DNA from: Fimbriimonadales bacterium | Lineage (GTDB): Bacteria > Armatimonadota > Fimbriimonadia > Fimbriimonadales > JABRVX01 | Assembly: GCA_045862955.1 (NCBI GenBank) | Contig: BTVI01000035.1 | Location: forward strand, 1-33,640 | DNA: 33,640 nt | Reading direction: 5' to 3' | Part shown: positions 18,666 to 28,207 of the stretch, piece after piece | Layout: each line of letters starts with the position of its first letter | Position numbering within the stretch: the first letter of the stretch is position 1 | Program-made: the position numbers and the translations under genes | The notes under the pieces: model-generated | Seen by the model: only the letters and a program-made list of their open reading frames with translations | Database searches by the model: none | What the model was told of the DNA's origin: nothing

Positions 18666-19842
18666 ACTGCCCGGCCCGCGTCCGCCAACCTGCAACCACG
18701 AACCGCCCTGCAGCACCCCAAGGATCGCGCCGGGGCCTGACCACGCCCCCGGGATTCCATCTGATCTTCGTCATGCTGAGCCTGTCGAAGCACGACCTCG
18801 CCGCCCGCACGCCATGCCCCGGCCCGCGTCCGCCGGCCTGCACCTACCGAACGCGCACCGCGAGCCCAAGGACCGCGCCGGGGCCTGACCACGCCCCCGG
18901 GATTCCATCTGAGCTTCGTCATGCTGAGCCTGTCGAAGCATGACCCCGCCGTCCGCATGCTGGCACACCATGCCCCGGCCCGCGTCCGCCCGCCTGCGCC
19001 TACCGAACGCGCACCGCGAGCCCACGGACCGCGCCGGGGCCTGACCACGCCCCCGGGGATTGCATCTGAGCTTCGTCATGCTGAGCCTGTCGAAGCATGA
19101 CCTCGCCGCCCGCATGCTGGTGGCCTCCGATGCGACGCTTGCGGCTTGCGGTTGCATGCTTCGACAGGCTCAGCATGACGGGTAGGGGTGTGACGGGAAA
19201 GGGTAGACGGGCAAGGGTGTTAGGTGTTGGCGTTGCGAGGTGTCGAGCCCGAACGATGTGATCGGAAGCCGTCCACCGGTCGCAACTAATACCGTCGATC
19301 TGAGCTTCGTCATGCTGAGCCTGTCGAAGCATGACCTCGCCGCCCGCACACCATGCCCCGGCCCGCGTCCGCCGGCCTGCACCTACCGAACGCGCACCGC
19401 GAGCCCAAGGACCGCGCCGGGGCCTGACCACGCCCCCGGGATTCCATCTGAGCTTCGTCATGCTGAGCCTGTCGAAGCATGACCTCGCCGCCCGCACGTT
19501 GGCGGCCTCCGATGCGACGCTTGCGGCTTGCGGGTTGCATGTTTCGGCAGGCTCAGCATGACGGGTGGGGGTGTGACGGGCAGGGGTGTTAGATGTTGGC
19601 GTTGCGAGGTGTCGAGCCCGAACTATGTGATCGGAAGCCGTCCACCGGTCGCAACTAATACCGTCCATCTGAGATTCGTCATGCTGAGCCTGTCGAAGCA
19701 TGACCTCGCCGCCCGCACGTTGGCGGCCTCCGATGCGACGCTTGCGGCTTGCGGTTGCATGCTTCGACAGGCTCAGCATGACGGGTAGGGGCGTGGCGGG
19801 TAGGGGTGTTAGATGTTGGCGTTGCGAGGTGTCGAGCCCGAA
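18666..19842. repeat. Modular palindromic repeat array 1 (REP/BIME-like)
   Basis: Six forward and three reverse copies of GTCATGCTGAGCCTGTCGAAGCATGAC interleaved with other recurring modules. Confidence 0.95.
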
Positions 19843-20046
19843 GACGGTGACCGGAGGGATCGGCGATGCAGGTGCCGACGGGCCTTGCCGAGACATGGCG
19901 ATGAGGTCAGAGCAGCCGGCACGCAGCGGAGCACCTGGGCTCCTTGATATCCGCGGAACCGGTCCGCTTCGCGGTCGGCTGTGCGCTATACTCGGCATAG
20001 GTGTCGAGACGGAAGAGATGTGCGCCTCGACCTAGGGAGGCGATCC

Positions 20047-20835
20047 ATGAAGTCATTCAGTGCGACCCTTGTTGCAGCGCTCACGATGGCGGCAACGGCG
20101 GGCTGCATCTCCGAGAGCGGCAAGGGGCCGGCGCAGACCGAGCAGTCTGCAGTCACCGTATCCACCACGAGACAGCCGAAGGCCGTCGAGGTGAACTTTC
20201 GAACCGCGGACGGCCTGACCATCTACGGCGACTTCGCGGATGCGAAGACCGACAAGGGTGTGGTGCTGCTGCACCAGTGGAACGCCGATGCAAGCACCTG
20301 GAGGCCTTATCTCTCGAACTTCGTAGACAAGGGTATTAGCGTGCTGGCGATCGACGCCCGCGGCTACGGCAGGTCGGAGCAGCAGGGCAACCAGCGCTTC
20401 GCCCCTACGTGGGACATCGGGCACGACATCGCTGGGGCCGTAAAGTTTCTCCAGGAGAAGGGCTGCAAGCGCATCGGCTTAGCGGGCTCCAGCTATGGCG
20501 CCAACAACGCGCTGATCTTTGCTGCCTCCCACGCCGACATTCCTGCGGTCGCCCTCTTGTCACCGGGCGAGGACTACCACGGGCTGAAGATCGCTGATTC
20601 GGCCGGCCGCTACAAGGGCAAGGCGTTCGTGTTGCTGAGCGAGGGGGACAGGGGCGTCGGCAATGTGCTCGACATCCTCCGCAGCTCCCTAGGCGATCGG
20701 CTGACATCCATCTTGCTCAAGGGCGACGCGCACGGCACGCGTATGCTGGAGAAGGAGCCGGACTTGGTGAAACAGCTCGTGCAGTTTTTCCACGCCGCGC
20801 TCGAGGCGCAGCCTGCTGCCCCACAGGCTCCGTAG
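20047..20835 (+). CDS. Alpha/beta-hydrolase, predicted lipoprotein
   Basis: GGGAGG SD; signal peptide ending TAG-C; VLLHQW, IDARGYGRS, GSSYG nucleophile elbow, EGD, AHG. Confidence 0.88.
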   Translation: MKSFSATLVAALTMAATAGCISESGKGPAQTEQSAVTVSTTRQPKAVEVNFRTADGLTIYGDFADAKTDKGVVLLHQWNADASTWRPYLSNFVDKGISVLAIDARGYGRSEQQGNQRFAPTWDIGHDIAGAVKFLQEKGCKRIGLAGSSYGANNALIFAASHADIPAVALLSPGEDYHGLKIADSAGRYKGKAFVLLSEGDRGVGNVLDILRSSLGDRLTSILLKGDAHGTRMLEKEPDLVKQLVQFFHAALEAQPAAPQAP

Positions 20836-20844
20836 CGAGATCGC

Positions 20845-21541
20845 CCATGCCCCGGCCCGCGTCCGCCGGCCTGCACCTACCGAACGCGCACCGCGAGCCC
20901 AAGGACCGCGCCGGGGCCTGACCACGCCCCCGGGGATTGCATCTGAGCTTCGTCATGCTGAGCCTGTCGAAGCATGACCTCGCCGTCCGCACGTTGGCGG
21001 CCTCCGATGCGACGCTTGCGGCTTGCGGCTGCATGCTTCGACAGGCTCAGCATGACGGGTAGGGGCGTGGCGGGTGGCCTATGACGGGTCGGGCGGTGTG
21101 ACGGGAAAGGGTAGACGGGCAAGGGTGTTAGATGTTGGCGTTGCGAGGTGTCGAGCCCGAACGATGTCATCGGAAGCCGTCCACCGGTCGCAACCAATTA
21201 GCAGCAGCGGTAGCACCCATAGCAGTCGGATTTGATCGGAAGCCGTCCACCGGTCGCAACCAATGCCGTCCTTCTGATCTTCGTCATGCTGAGCCTGTCG
21301 AAGCATGACCTCGCCGTTCGCATGCTGGCGGCCTCCGATGCGACGCTTGCGGCTTGCGGTTGCATGCTTCGACAGGCTCAGCATGACGGGTAGGGGCGTG
21401 GCGGGCTGCATGCTTCGACAGGCTCAGCATGACGGGTAGGGGCGTGGCGGTTAGGGTGTGGCGCGCAGTCCATGCCCCGGCCCGCGTCCGCCGGGCTGCA
21501 TCCACGAACCGCCCGCCAAGAACCCGAGGACCGCGCCGGGG
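20845..21541. repeat. Modular palindromic repeat array 2 (same modules as array 1)
   Basis: Two forward and three reverse 27-bp palindromes plus the GCCCCGGC...GCCGGGGC and GTTGCGA...TCGCAAC modules, between convergent genes. Confidence 0.95.
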
Positions 21542-21557
21542 CAGTTGCAGCCAATTG

Positions 21558-23741
21558 TCAAGGCCGTGGCAGGATGGGGTCGGTGTGTAGCATTACGGGA
21601 CAGCCGGTGCTGTCCCAGACAATCGCTCCCGCTTGCACTGTCCAGGGTCCGTTCTCTGGCACTCCGAACATCCTGCCCACCAGTTGCGCGGGGTTGCGCG
21701 GGTTGCGCAGCACCGCCAGGCCGGAATGGCTTGCGACGGGGTAGGAGCGGTCGAAGAGCACAATCCTGCCGCTGTTGTCCCATAGCGGGAACTTCACGCC
21801 GAGGTCCCACAGCAGCGGCTGCTTTCCCGTGCCCCAGAAGATCACGTCGTGTGTGTCCACGTCGGCTGCGGCTACATCGCCGGCCTTTCGCACCTGCCAA
21901 TCCGGCCACAACAGAGCAAGTCGTTGCAGCAGCGACTCGGTTGAGGACCACAGCTCGTCCGGCACGATAACCCACGTGTCCCTCGCGAGTTGCTCCACGG
22001 TGGGTGGCACTTCGCGCGCATCCACCCTTCGCAGCATGCGCCACCACGGGTCCACGGCGACGCGGGATGCCCCAGGCGGCATCCTCAACTGCACGTCGCG
22101 GTCGGTGATCCGAGCAGCTAGCTGTTCCACCATGCCACCACGGGCATCCAAGAGCGCAACCGGCACCGTGCCTCGCCCGGGCATCCCGGGCAGCGAGACG
22201 ACGGCCTGGCCGGCTTCGAAGGTCGCCTTCGGTTCCGCCCACAGCGACATGCCGATCCAGAAGTCGAAGAACCAGCGGTAGCTCGTTCCAGTGACATCGT
22301 CCACAGCTAGCTGCAGGTCCTCCCAATCAACCCCGCGTGATACCGGTGCATCCGTCACGAACAGGCGCAGCGCCTTTCGTAGCGCGTCTCGGCCGATCTC
22401 GGCCTCCAGCATCTCGAGAGCCTTGCATCCTTTGCGGCGGGCGAAGTCCCACACGGACTGGCCGGACTCGGGTGACGCCAAGAACAGCGGCCCTTCTCGG
22501 ACCGGCTCTGCAAACATGGTAGGGGTGTCCTGGGGGGCCAGGTATAGGGTGCCGACCGGGTAGTCCTTTCGCGTCATCAGCAGGGCTGCGAAGTCGGAGA
22601 ACGCCTCGGGCCATGCGTTTCGGATGTACGTCGCAGGTGCGAGCCCGCCTAGCCACAGTTGCGCGACCAAGCGAGGCATCTCGTGGATCGGTGTGCTCGG
22701 CCCCATCACGATTAGGCCGGGCACGGACAAGGGCTTGCCACGGTAACCCCGCGAGACGAGCACTGTCACTCTTTTCCACGGCGGAACGCGCAGCCACTCG
22801 AAGAACTGGTGCGACTGAACGGCGGCCTGCAGATACCCTTCCGGCGTGCCGCGCATCTCGCCTTGGTGCAGTAACCGAACCGCGACCGGACCGGTGAAGC
22901 GTTCCGCGGAGCGGTATCTGCCAGCCGCCAGGGAAAGGAAGGTGCTCGGCTGCTTGCACTGGTACTCGTACACGCCGGGAGCTCGCTTTACCGCTGGCTC
23001 CATAGTCGCGACCTCCCAGCCATCTGGCACCCTGACGGTTGCCGAGTGCGTGGCCTGCAGCCTCCCGACTGACAGCCACCACACATGGCCAGACAGCACA
23101 GCCTCGTCGCCTGTCACCAGCCCCTCTGCGCTCTCGTACCGGACGGTTATCACCGTTGCCGCTCCGACCTGCACCGCCACCACGCCGCCGCACTGCGCGA
23201 AGGCCAGCGGGCCCGAGTCGTCGCGCACTTCCTGCACCACGAACTCCGATCCCATCCTGAGAATCGTTACGCCCTGCGCGCCGGGCATTCGCTCCAGACT
23301 CAGCCGGTCGGTGATGAACGCCTTGCCAGTGCCAGGGTCGAGACGGATGTCGAAGCGGTGGTGGGTGACGCGATACCCGGCGACCGCTTCATCCGGCAAT
23401 CGAGCCCCGATGCGGAGGTCGCCTGCCTCGGAAGCGACTCGAAACACGTAGGCGGTCGTGTCCCTCGCTCGGCTAGGCGTGTGGAAGACCAAATACCTCT
23501 GGGGTACGGATGGCAACATCAGTGCCCCCGCTCTCCATCCCGCTTCTCCGCCGCCGTAGGGGCCATTCTCCACGATGAAGGCGAACCGCTCGCCGACGCC
23601 TTGGGCGCACGCACGCCTCAGGGTGAGGAAGTCGCGGCTGCGTGCGGCTGCGTCGGCTGCAGCGACGAACTCCTCTAGGTCGTCGGCGTGAGTGCTTAGG
23701 AGCGCGGTGGGCAGGAGGAGGAGTGGCAGCAGAATTCGCAT
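21558..23741 (-). CDS. Secreted M1-aminopeptidase-like protein, catalytic motifs degenerate
   Basis: Signal peptide MRILLPLLLLPTALLSTHA; YRVTHHRFDIRLDP, TVRVPDGWEVA, PSTFLSLAAGRY, WPEAFSDF, KGCKALEML...IG, VAVDP; no HEXXH. Confidence 0.75.
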   Translation of the reverse strand: MRILLPLLLLPTALLSTHADDLEEFVAAADAAARSRDFLTLRRACAQGVGERFAFIVENGPYGGGEAGWRAGALMLPSVPQRYLVFHTPSRARDTTAYVFRVASEAGDLRIGARLPDEAVAGYRVTHHRFDIRLDPGTGKAFITDRLSLERMPGAQGVTILRMGSEFVVQEVRDDSGPLAFAQCGGVVAVQVGAATVITVRYESAEGLVTGDEAVLSGHVWWLSVGRLQATHSATVRVPDGWEVATMEPAVKRAPGVYEYQCKQPSTFLSLAAGRYRSAERFTGPVAVRLLHQGEMRGTPEGYLQAAVQSHQFFEWLRVPPWKRVTVLVSRGYRGKPLSVPGLIVMGPSTPIHEMPRLVAQLWLGGLAPATYIRNAWPEAFSDFAALLMTRKDYPVGTLYLAPQDTPTMFAEPVREGPLFLASPESGQSVWDFARRKGCKALEMLEAEIGRDALRKALRLFVTDAPVSRGVDWEDLQLAVDDVTGTSYRWFFDFWIGMSLWAEPKATFEAGQAVVSLPGMPGRGTVPVALLDARGGMVEQLAARITDRDVQLRMPPGASRVAVDPWWRMLRRVDAREVPPTVEQLARDTWVIVPDELWSSTESLLQRLALLWPDWQVRKAGDVAAADVDTHDVIFWGTGKQPLLWDLGVKFPLWDNSGRIVLFDRSYPVASHSGLAVLRNPRNPAQLVGRMFGVPENGPWTVQAGAIVWDSTGCPVMLHTDPILPRP

Positions 23742-23781
23742 TATCGAGGTACTGACGCTCGCGGGGTGCGTCGGTTCCACC

Positions 23782-24633
23782 TTACCGAGACGGAGCATGG
23801 CGCGCCTCCATCTCGGCAAAGAACTCTTCGTCGCTCAGCCGTTCTCGCAGCGACAGATATTCCTCTGCGTCCGCTCCCACGCGATAGCGAAACCTCGGGT
23901 TCGGCTCAGTAGCCGCGTGCCAGATGCTCTCTGCCACCTCCCGCGGGTCGCCCGCAGCTTCCGCCTGCCTTGCTCTGCGTCGTCTCGTGCCCTCCCGCAC
24001 GGCTGCATATGGCGACGTAGGGTCGTCGGTGTCGGGGTGCACGCGCAGCGATCGACTCTGAAAGTCCGTGAGGAACATCCCGGGCTGAATGACGCTCACA
24101 TGAATCCCGAAACCGCGCACCTCGTAGTACAGCGCCTCGGACAGTGCCTCGACCGCGTGCTTCGTCGCGCAGTAAGGTCCGCTGAGAGGAAAGGCGAATC
24201 GCCCGACGAGGCTCGAGAGGTTGATGATTCTCCCGCGCCCCTGCCGGCGCATCACGGGCAGCACCGCCTGCGTGACTGCCAGCAGACCGAACACGTTGGT
24301 CTCGAAGTTGGCGCGCACTTCGTCGAGGTCTGCCTGCTCTACGAAGGCGAAGTACCCGTAACCCGCGTTGTTCACGAGGACATCCACGCCGCCGGCAGCA
24401 CGATCCATCTCGGCGACTGCGCTAGCCACCTGGTCCGGGTTGGTGACGTCCAGGCTCAGGATGTCGATCGAACCCGGGCTGGCCTCTGCGGCAGCGGCTC
24501 GGAGCGCGGTGGCTCGATCGGGATTGCGCACCCCGGCCCACACCCGCCATCCGCGCTCTGCGAAGAGCGCCGCCGATTGCAGTCCGAAACCGCTCGAACA
24601 CCCGGTGATGAGAATCCTTCCCGCCTCGCTCAC
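23782..24633 (-). CDS. Short-chain dehydrogenase/reductase
   Basis: ITGCSSGFG, VNNAG, YCATK. Confidence 0.94.
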   Translation of the reverse strand: MSEAGRILITGCSSGFGLQSAALFAERGWRVWAGVRNPDRATALRAAAAEASPGSIDILSLDVTNPDQVASAVAEMDRAAGGVDVLVNNAGYGYFAFVEQADLDEVRANFETNVFGLLAVTQAVLPVMRRQGRGRIINLSSLVGRFAFPLSGPYCATKHAVEALSEALYYEVRGFGIHVSVIQPGMFLTDFQSRSLRVHPDTDDPTSPYAAVREGTRRRRARQAEAAGDPREVAESIWHAATEPNPRFRYRVGADAEEYLSLRERLSDEEFFAEMEARHAPSR

Positions 24634-24701
24634 GCCACGCCACCTCGATCAGGGATAATCTGCCGCATGACTACGCATTGTCCCCCATCGGGTGCCCCTG
24701 C

Positions 24702-25631
24702 ATGAAGCTCGTGTCATTCGTGGCCAAAGGCCGTGCCCGCGCGGGTCTGTTCCTCGAGGACCTCGGGCTGTGCCTCGACGTGGCCGCGGTTCTGAGCGCT
24801 ACCCCGGACGGTACGGGCAGCGCTGTGCCGACGAGCATGCGGAGCCTCATCGAAATGGGAGAGGCCGGGCTTCGCCTGGCAGTACGGGCCGAGAGGATCG
24901 CTCGCGAACTGTCCGCCTCGGATCCCACCGCACTCGTAGGTTCTTCCTTCTTGCTCGACGAGGTGCAGTTTCTCCCGCCGGTGCCCGATCCATCCAAGGT
25001 GATTGCCATCGGGCTGAACTACCGCGATCATTGCGAAGAGCAGAACGTGCCCTTGCCCGAGTACCCTACGGTGTTTGCGAAGTTCCCCAGCTGCCTGGTA
25101 GGTCATCGACATCCCATCGTAAAGCCCGCCGAGACGAACAGCCTGGACTACGAAGCAGAGCTGGCCTTCGTGGTGGGACGCGTTTCAAAGGACGTGCCCG
25201 AGGACCAGGCACTGGACCATGTCTTCGGATATATGTGCTTCAACGATGTGACGGCCCGGGACATCCAAAAGGGCGAAAAGCAGTGGGTGCGTGGCAAGTC
25301 GTTCGACACCTTCGGCCCGTGCGGACCCTATCTGGTCACGGCGGACGAGGTGGGTGACGCGCAGTCGTTGGGTGTCGAGTGCCGGGTTAATGGGGAGGTG
25401 CGACAGCAAGGGAACACGCGGGACATGGTTTTTGGCGTCGCGCACCTACTCTCACGTCTGTCTCGTAGCTTCACCCTGCTACCCGGCGACATCGTTACTA
25501 CTGGCACTCCCGCGGGAGTGGGTATCTACTCCAATCCCCCACGGCTTCTGCAGCCAGGCGACGAGGTAGAGATCACGATCGAGCGCCTCGGCACTCTTCG
25601 CAATCGGGTTGAGGCGGAGAGCGCACCGTAA
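24702..25631 (+). CDS. Fumarylacetoacetate hydrolase family protein
   Basis: IAIGLNYRDH, LDYEAEL, NDVTARD, GKSFDTFGPCGP, PGDIVTTGTPAGVG. Confidence 0.94.
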   Translation: MKLVSFVAKGRARAGLFLEDLGLCLDVAAVLSATPDGTGSAVPTSMRSLIEMGEAGLRLAVRAERIARELSASDPTALVGSSFLLDEVQFLPPVPDPSKVIAIGLNYRDHCEEQNVPLPEYPTVFAKFPSCLVGHRHPIVKPAETNSLDYEAELAFVVGRVSKDVPEDQALDHVFGYMCFNDVTARDIQKGEKQWVRGKSFDTFGPCGPYLVTADEVGDAQSLGVECRVNGEVRQQGNTRDMVFGVAHLLSRLSRSFTLLPGDIVTTGTPAGVGIYSNPPRLLQPGDEVEITIERLGTLRNRVEAESAP

Positions 25632-25675
25632 TTTCGCGGCCCCAGCGGCCTTTCTAATAACCGCGGTTCGGCGGC

Positions 25676-26365
25676 CTATGGTTGCGCGCGGACGACGTTC
25701 TCCTTGAGCTCTCTGCACAACGCGCGGAGGCTCGTGATGGCCGCCAGCTCCCCGGCACTCAGACGGACGGACGCTGATCCGTGCAGGTCTGGGCCCATGA
25801 TGTCACTGGGGTCGCCCGTGTCGTCCAGCCCCAGAATGTGTCCCAACTCGTGCGCGACGATGTGCACCAGGGATGCTGCATCATGCGGCTCGCCCTTGGC
25901 AGTATGCGTTGCCACTAACACCGTCGCGTCCAGGTAGGCGTTGTGCGTAGTCTTACTGTACACGGCCTTGCGCTTCCACTCTACGTGGCCGCACAGGTGG
26001 TGGGTGTCGCTTGCCAACTGCTTACGAAACTCGATGCGGATGTCGGCGCCGTTCGGGTCCTCCGTCAGTTGGAAGGGCATGTCTTCCCCGAGCGCCTCTC
26101 GCCACACTTCCAAACCCTGGACAGCACAGCGATACAGCTCGGACCGCTTGGGTGCTGCAATGTACACCGTGGACCGGGGAACGAGCACGAGCTCGATCTC
26201 GGCCAGCGCCCGCTGCGTCTCGCCCGACTCGAAGGCCACGCACGCGGCTTCGTAGTGCCGGGTGATCTGCGGGTCTAACCTATCGCGATGCGGCGACTCC
26301 GTCCCGAAGGCGGAGACGACGAGGCCCACCGCGCACGCACACAGCAAGATAGGCAGCGCTCTCAC
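25676..26365 (-). CDS. Secreted matrixin-like (metzincin) metallopeptidase
   Basis: Hydrophobic N-terminus, ADIRIEF, HELGHILGLDD, Met-turn DIMGP. Confidence 0.8.
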   Translation of the reverse strand: MRALPILLCACAVGLVVSAFGTESPHRDRLDPQITRHYEAACVAFESGETQRALAEIELVLVPRSTVYIAAPKRSELYRCAVQGLEVWREALGEDMPFQLTEDPNGADIRIEFRKQLASDTHHLCGHVEWKRKAVYSKTTHNAYLDATVLVATHTAKGEPHDAASLVHIVAHELGHILGLDDTGDPSDIMGPDLHGSASVRLSAGELAAITSLRALCRELKENVVRAQP

Positions 26366-26442
26366 TCTCAGCTCATTCCACGAACAAACAATTAATGGGC
26401 AGGCAAAAATGCCGGCCTACCCGAAGGCGGTTCCGAGGCGCT

Positions 26443-26609
26443 CTCATTCCGGCCCTCGGCTGATGCCCGACCTTTTTCCATGCCCCGCCCCGCGTCCGCC
26501 GACCTGCGCCCGCGAGTCGCCTGCCGAGAACCCAAGGACCGCGCCGGGGCAGTCGCAGCGAGCGCTCCAGAGATGCCCTCATTCCGGCCCACGGCTCATG
26601 CCCGACCTT
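26443..26609. repeat. Two 32-bp direct repeats flanking a solo GCCCCG...GCCGGGGC module
   Basis: CTCATTCCGGCCC[T/A]CGGCT[G/C]ATGCCCGACCTT at 26443-26474 and 26578-26609; module at about 26478-26550. Confidence 0.85.
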
Positions 26610-26741
26610 CTGTCCACCATGATAACGCCGGATCGCGGAGATGCAGCGAGCAAGCAACTAGAACCTCGCACTTGTGCCGCCAGCAACGGCGACAGGTCCA
26701 GACTGCCTGTCCCGCGCGAACCCGTAGGTATACTGGCTGCC

Positions 26742-28010
26742 ATGCTTCCCGAGGAGCCGACCCGCCTTCTCGACGCCACCCGCGACGCGTACCGTCGCTA
26801 CGTGAATCCGGGCCTAGAGCGGCTGATGTCCTTCGCCGGCTTCGGCCTGGAATGGGAAGCCGAGGGTTGTTACGTGACAGACGCGGAGGGCAACCGCTAT
26901 CTGGATTGCCTCGGCGGGTACGGCGTATTCAGCCTGGGCCACCGACATCCCAAGGTGGTAGAGGCGGTCAAGAAGCAGCTCGACCGAATGCCCCTCTCGA
27001 GCAAGGTGTTCTTCAACAAGCCCCTCGCGGACCTGGCAGAAAGGCTGGCTGCGGTGGCTCCCGGCGACCTGCAATACAGCTTCCTGTGCAACTCGGGCAC
27101 GGAGGCCGTCGAGGCGGCCATTAAGATCGCTCGCAAGGCCACGCATAAGAGCAAGTTCGTTTGCACCATCGGCGGCTTCCACGGCAAGAGCATGGGTTCG
27201 TTGTCCGCCTCCGGCCGCGAAGTGTTCCGCGCGCCCTTCGACCCGCTGGTACCCGGGTTCGTGCACGTTCCGTTCGGCGACATCGACTCCATGCGCGAGG
27301 CGGTGGACGACGAGACGGCGGGCGTGATCATCGAGCCCATCCAGGGCGAAGGGGGCATCGTCATTCCGCCCGACGGTTACTTGTCCAAGGTCGCGGAGCT
27401 GTGCCGCGAGCGCAACACGCTTCTCATCGTGGACGAGGTGCAAACGGGATTAGGGCGTACGGGCCGGATGTTCGCGGTAGAGAGCGAGGGGGTTGAGCCG
27501 GACCTGATGACACTGGCCAAGTCCCTCGGTGGTGGCGTGATCCCCTCAGGGGCGACGTTGGGCACGCCGGCCGTGTGGGAGCCTGCGTTCGCCGAGAACC
27601 CGCTGATCCACTCCAGCACCTTCGGAGGCAACCCGCTGGCAGCGGTCGCGGGGCTGACCACGCTGCAGGTTATCGAAGAAGAAGGCCTGTGCGAGCGGTC
27701 CGCGCGCATGGGTGAGAGGATGCTGCGCGGACTGCGCGGCGTGCAGAGCGACTTCCCCACGCACATTGCGGAGGTGCGGGGGCGTGGGCTCATGATCGGC
27801 ATCGTGTTCAGCGAGGACGACGTCGGCGAGCTGTGTGTCGGACAGCTCACGGCTCGTGGCGTCATCTGCGCCTACACGCTGAACAACCCTAGGGTGATCC
27901 GCATGGAGCCACCGCTGATCATCTCCGAAGAGCAGTGCGACTTCGCGGTCTCCGCCTTCGCCGATGCGATGGCTGCCACATCGTCCCTGCTGCAGGAACT
28001 GGGAGCATAG
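26742..28010 (+). CDS. patA: Class III PLP aminotransferase, putrescine aminotransferase-like
   Basis: LDCLGGYG, SFLCNSGTEAVE, FHGKSMG, EPIQGEGG, DEVQTGLGRTG, AKSLGGG, STFGGNPLA, TLNNPRVIRMEPPL; substrate inferred, start chosen at MLPEE. Confidence 0.78.
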   Translation: MLPEEPTRLLDATRDAYRRYVNPGLERLMSFAGFGLEWEAEGCYVTDAEGNRYLDCLGGYGVFSLGHRHPKVVEAVKKQLDRMPLSSKVFFNKPLADLAERLAAVAPGDLQYSFLCNSGTEAVEAAIKIARKATHKSKFVCTIGGFHGKSMGSLSASGREVFRAPFDPLVPGFVHVPFGDIDSMREAVDDETAGVIIEPIQGEGGIVIPPDGYLSKVAELCRERNTLLIVDEVQTGLGRTGRMFAVESEGVEPDLMTLAKSLGGGVIPSGATLGTPAVWEPAFAENPLIHSSTFGGNPLAAVAGLTTLQVIEEEGLCERSARMGERMLRGLRGVQSDFPTHIAEVRGRGLMIGIVFSEDDVGELCVGQLTARGVICAYTLNNPRVIRMEPPLIISEEQCDFAVSAFADAMAATSSLLQELGA

Positions 28011-28062
28011 CAGACAGTGCTGGGTGGCGCACCGCGGGTTGCGCGCCGCCGAAACGATACCC

Positions 28063-28135
28063 CTATGCCCCAAACCGCGTGCGCCGGTCTGCACCGGCCA
28101 TCCGCACGCCGCCAACCCAGGGACCGCGCCGGGGC
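28063..28135. repeat. Degenerate solo copy of the GCCCC...GGACCGCGCCGGGGC module
   Basis: ATGCCCC...CCGCGTGCGCCGG...GGACCGCGCCGGGGC resembles the array modules. Confidence 0.7.
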
Positions 28136-28207
28136 TGCGACTTCGCTGCTTTCGCAGTGAGGGATGTGTGCGGTCCGCGCCCACGAGGCCTCTGTGCTAC
28201 GGGTGCT

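Noticed and set aside
18464..19998. ORFs with repeated VMLSLSKH / CFDRLSMT / LRQAQHD peptides (also 4436-5173 and 20610-21505)
   Set aside because: Translations of palindromic DNA repeats, open in several frames on both strands.
21169..21264. CRISPR-like unit: 30-bp direct repeat ending GCAACCAAT, 36-bp spacer, repeat
   Set aside because: Only two copies, no cas genes or leader; the repeat is the right half of hairpin module D, whose other copies have non-unique flanks.
26262..26741. 160-aa N-terminal extension of the aminotransferase; similar extensions on aspA, hdrC, mvhG, mvhA, hypF
   Set aside because: They run through repeats or neighbouring genes; better starts with SD or -10 support lie downstream.
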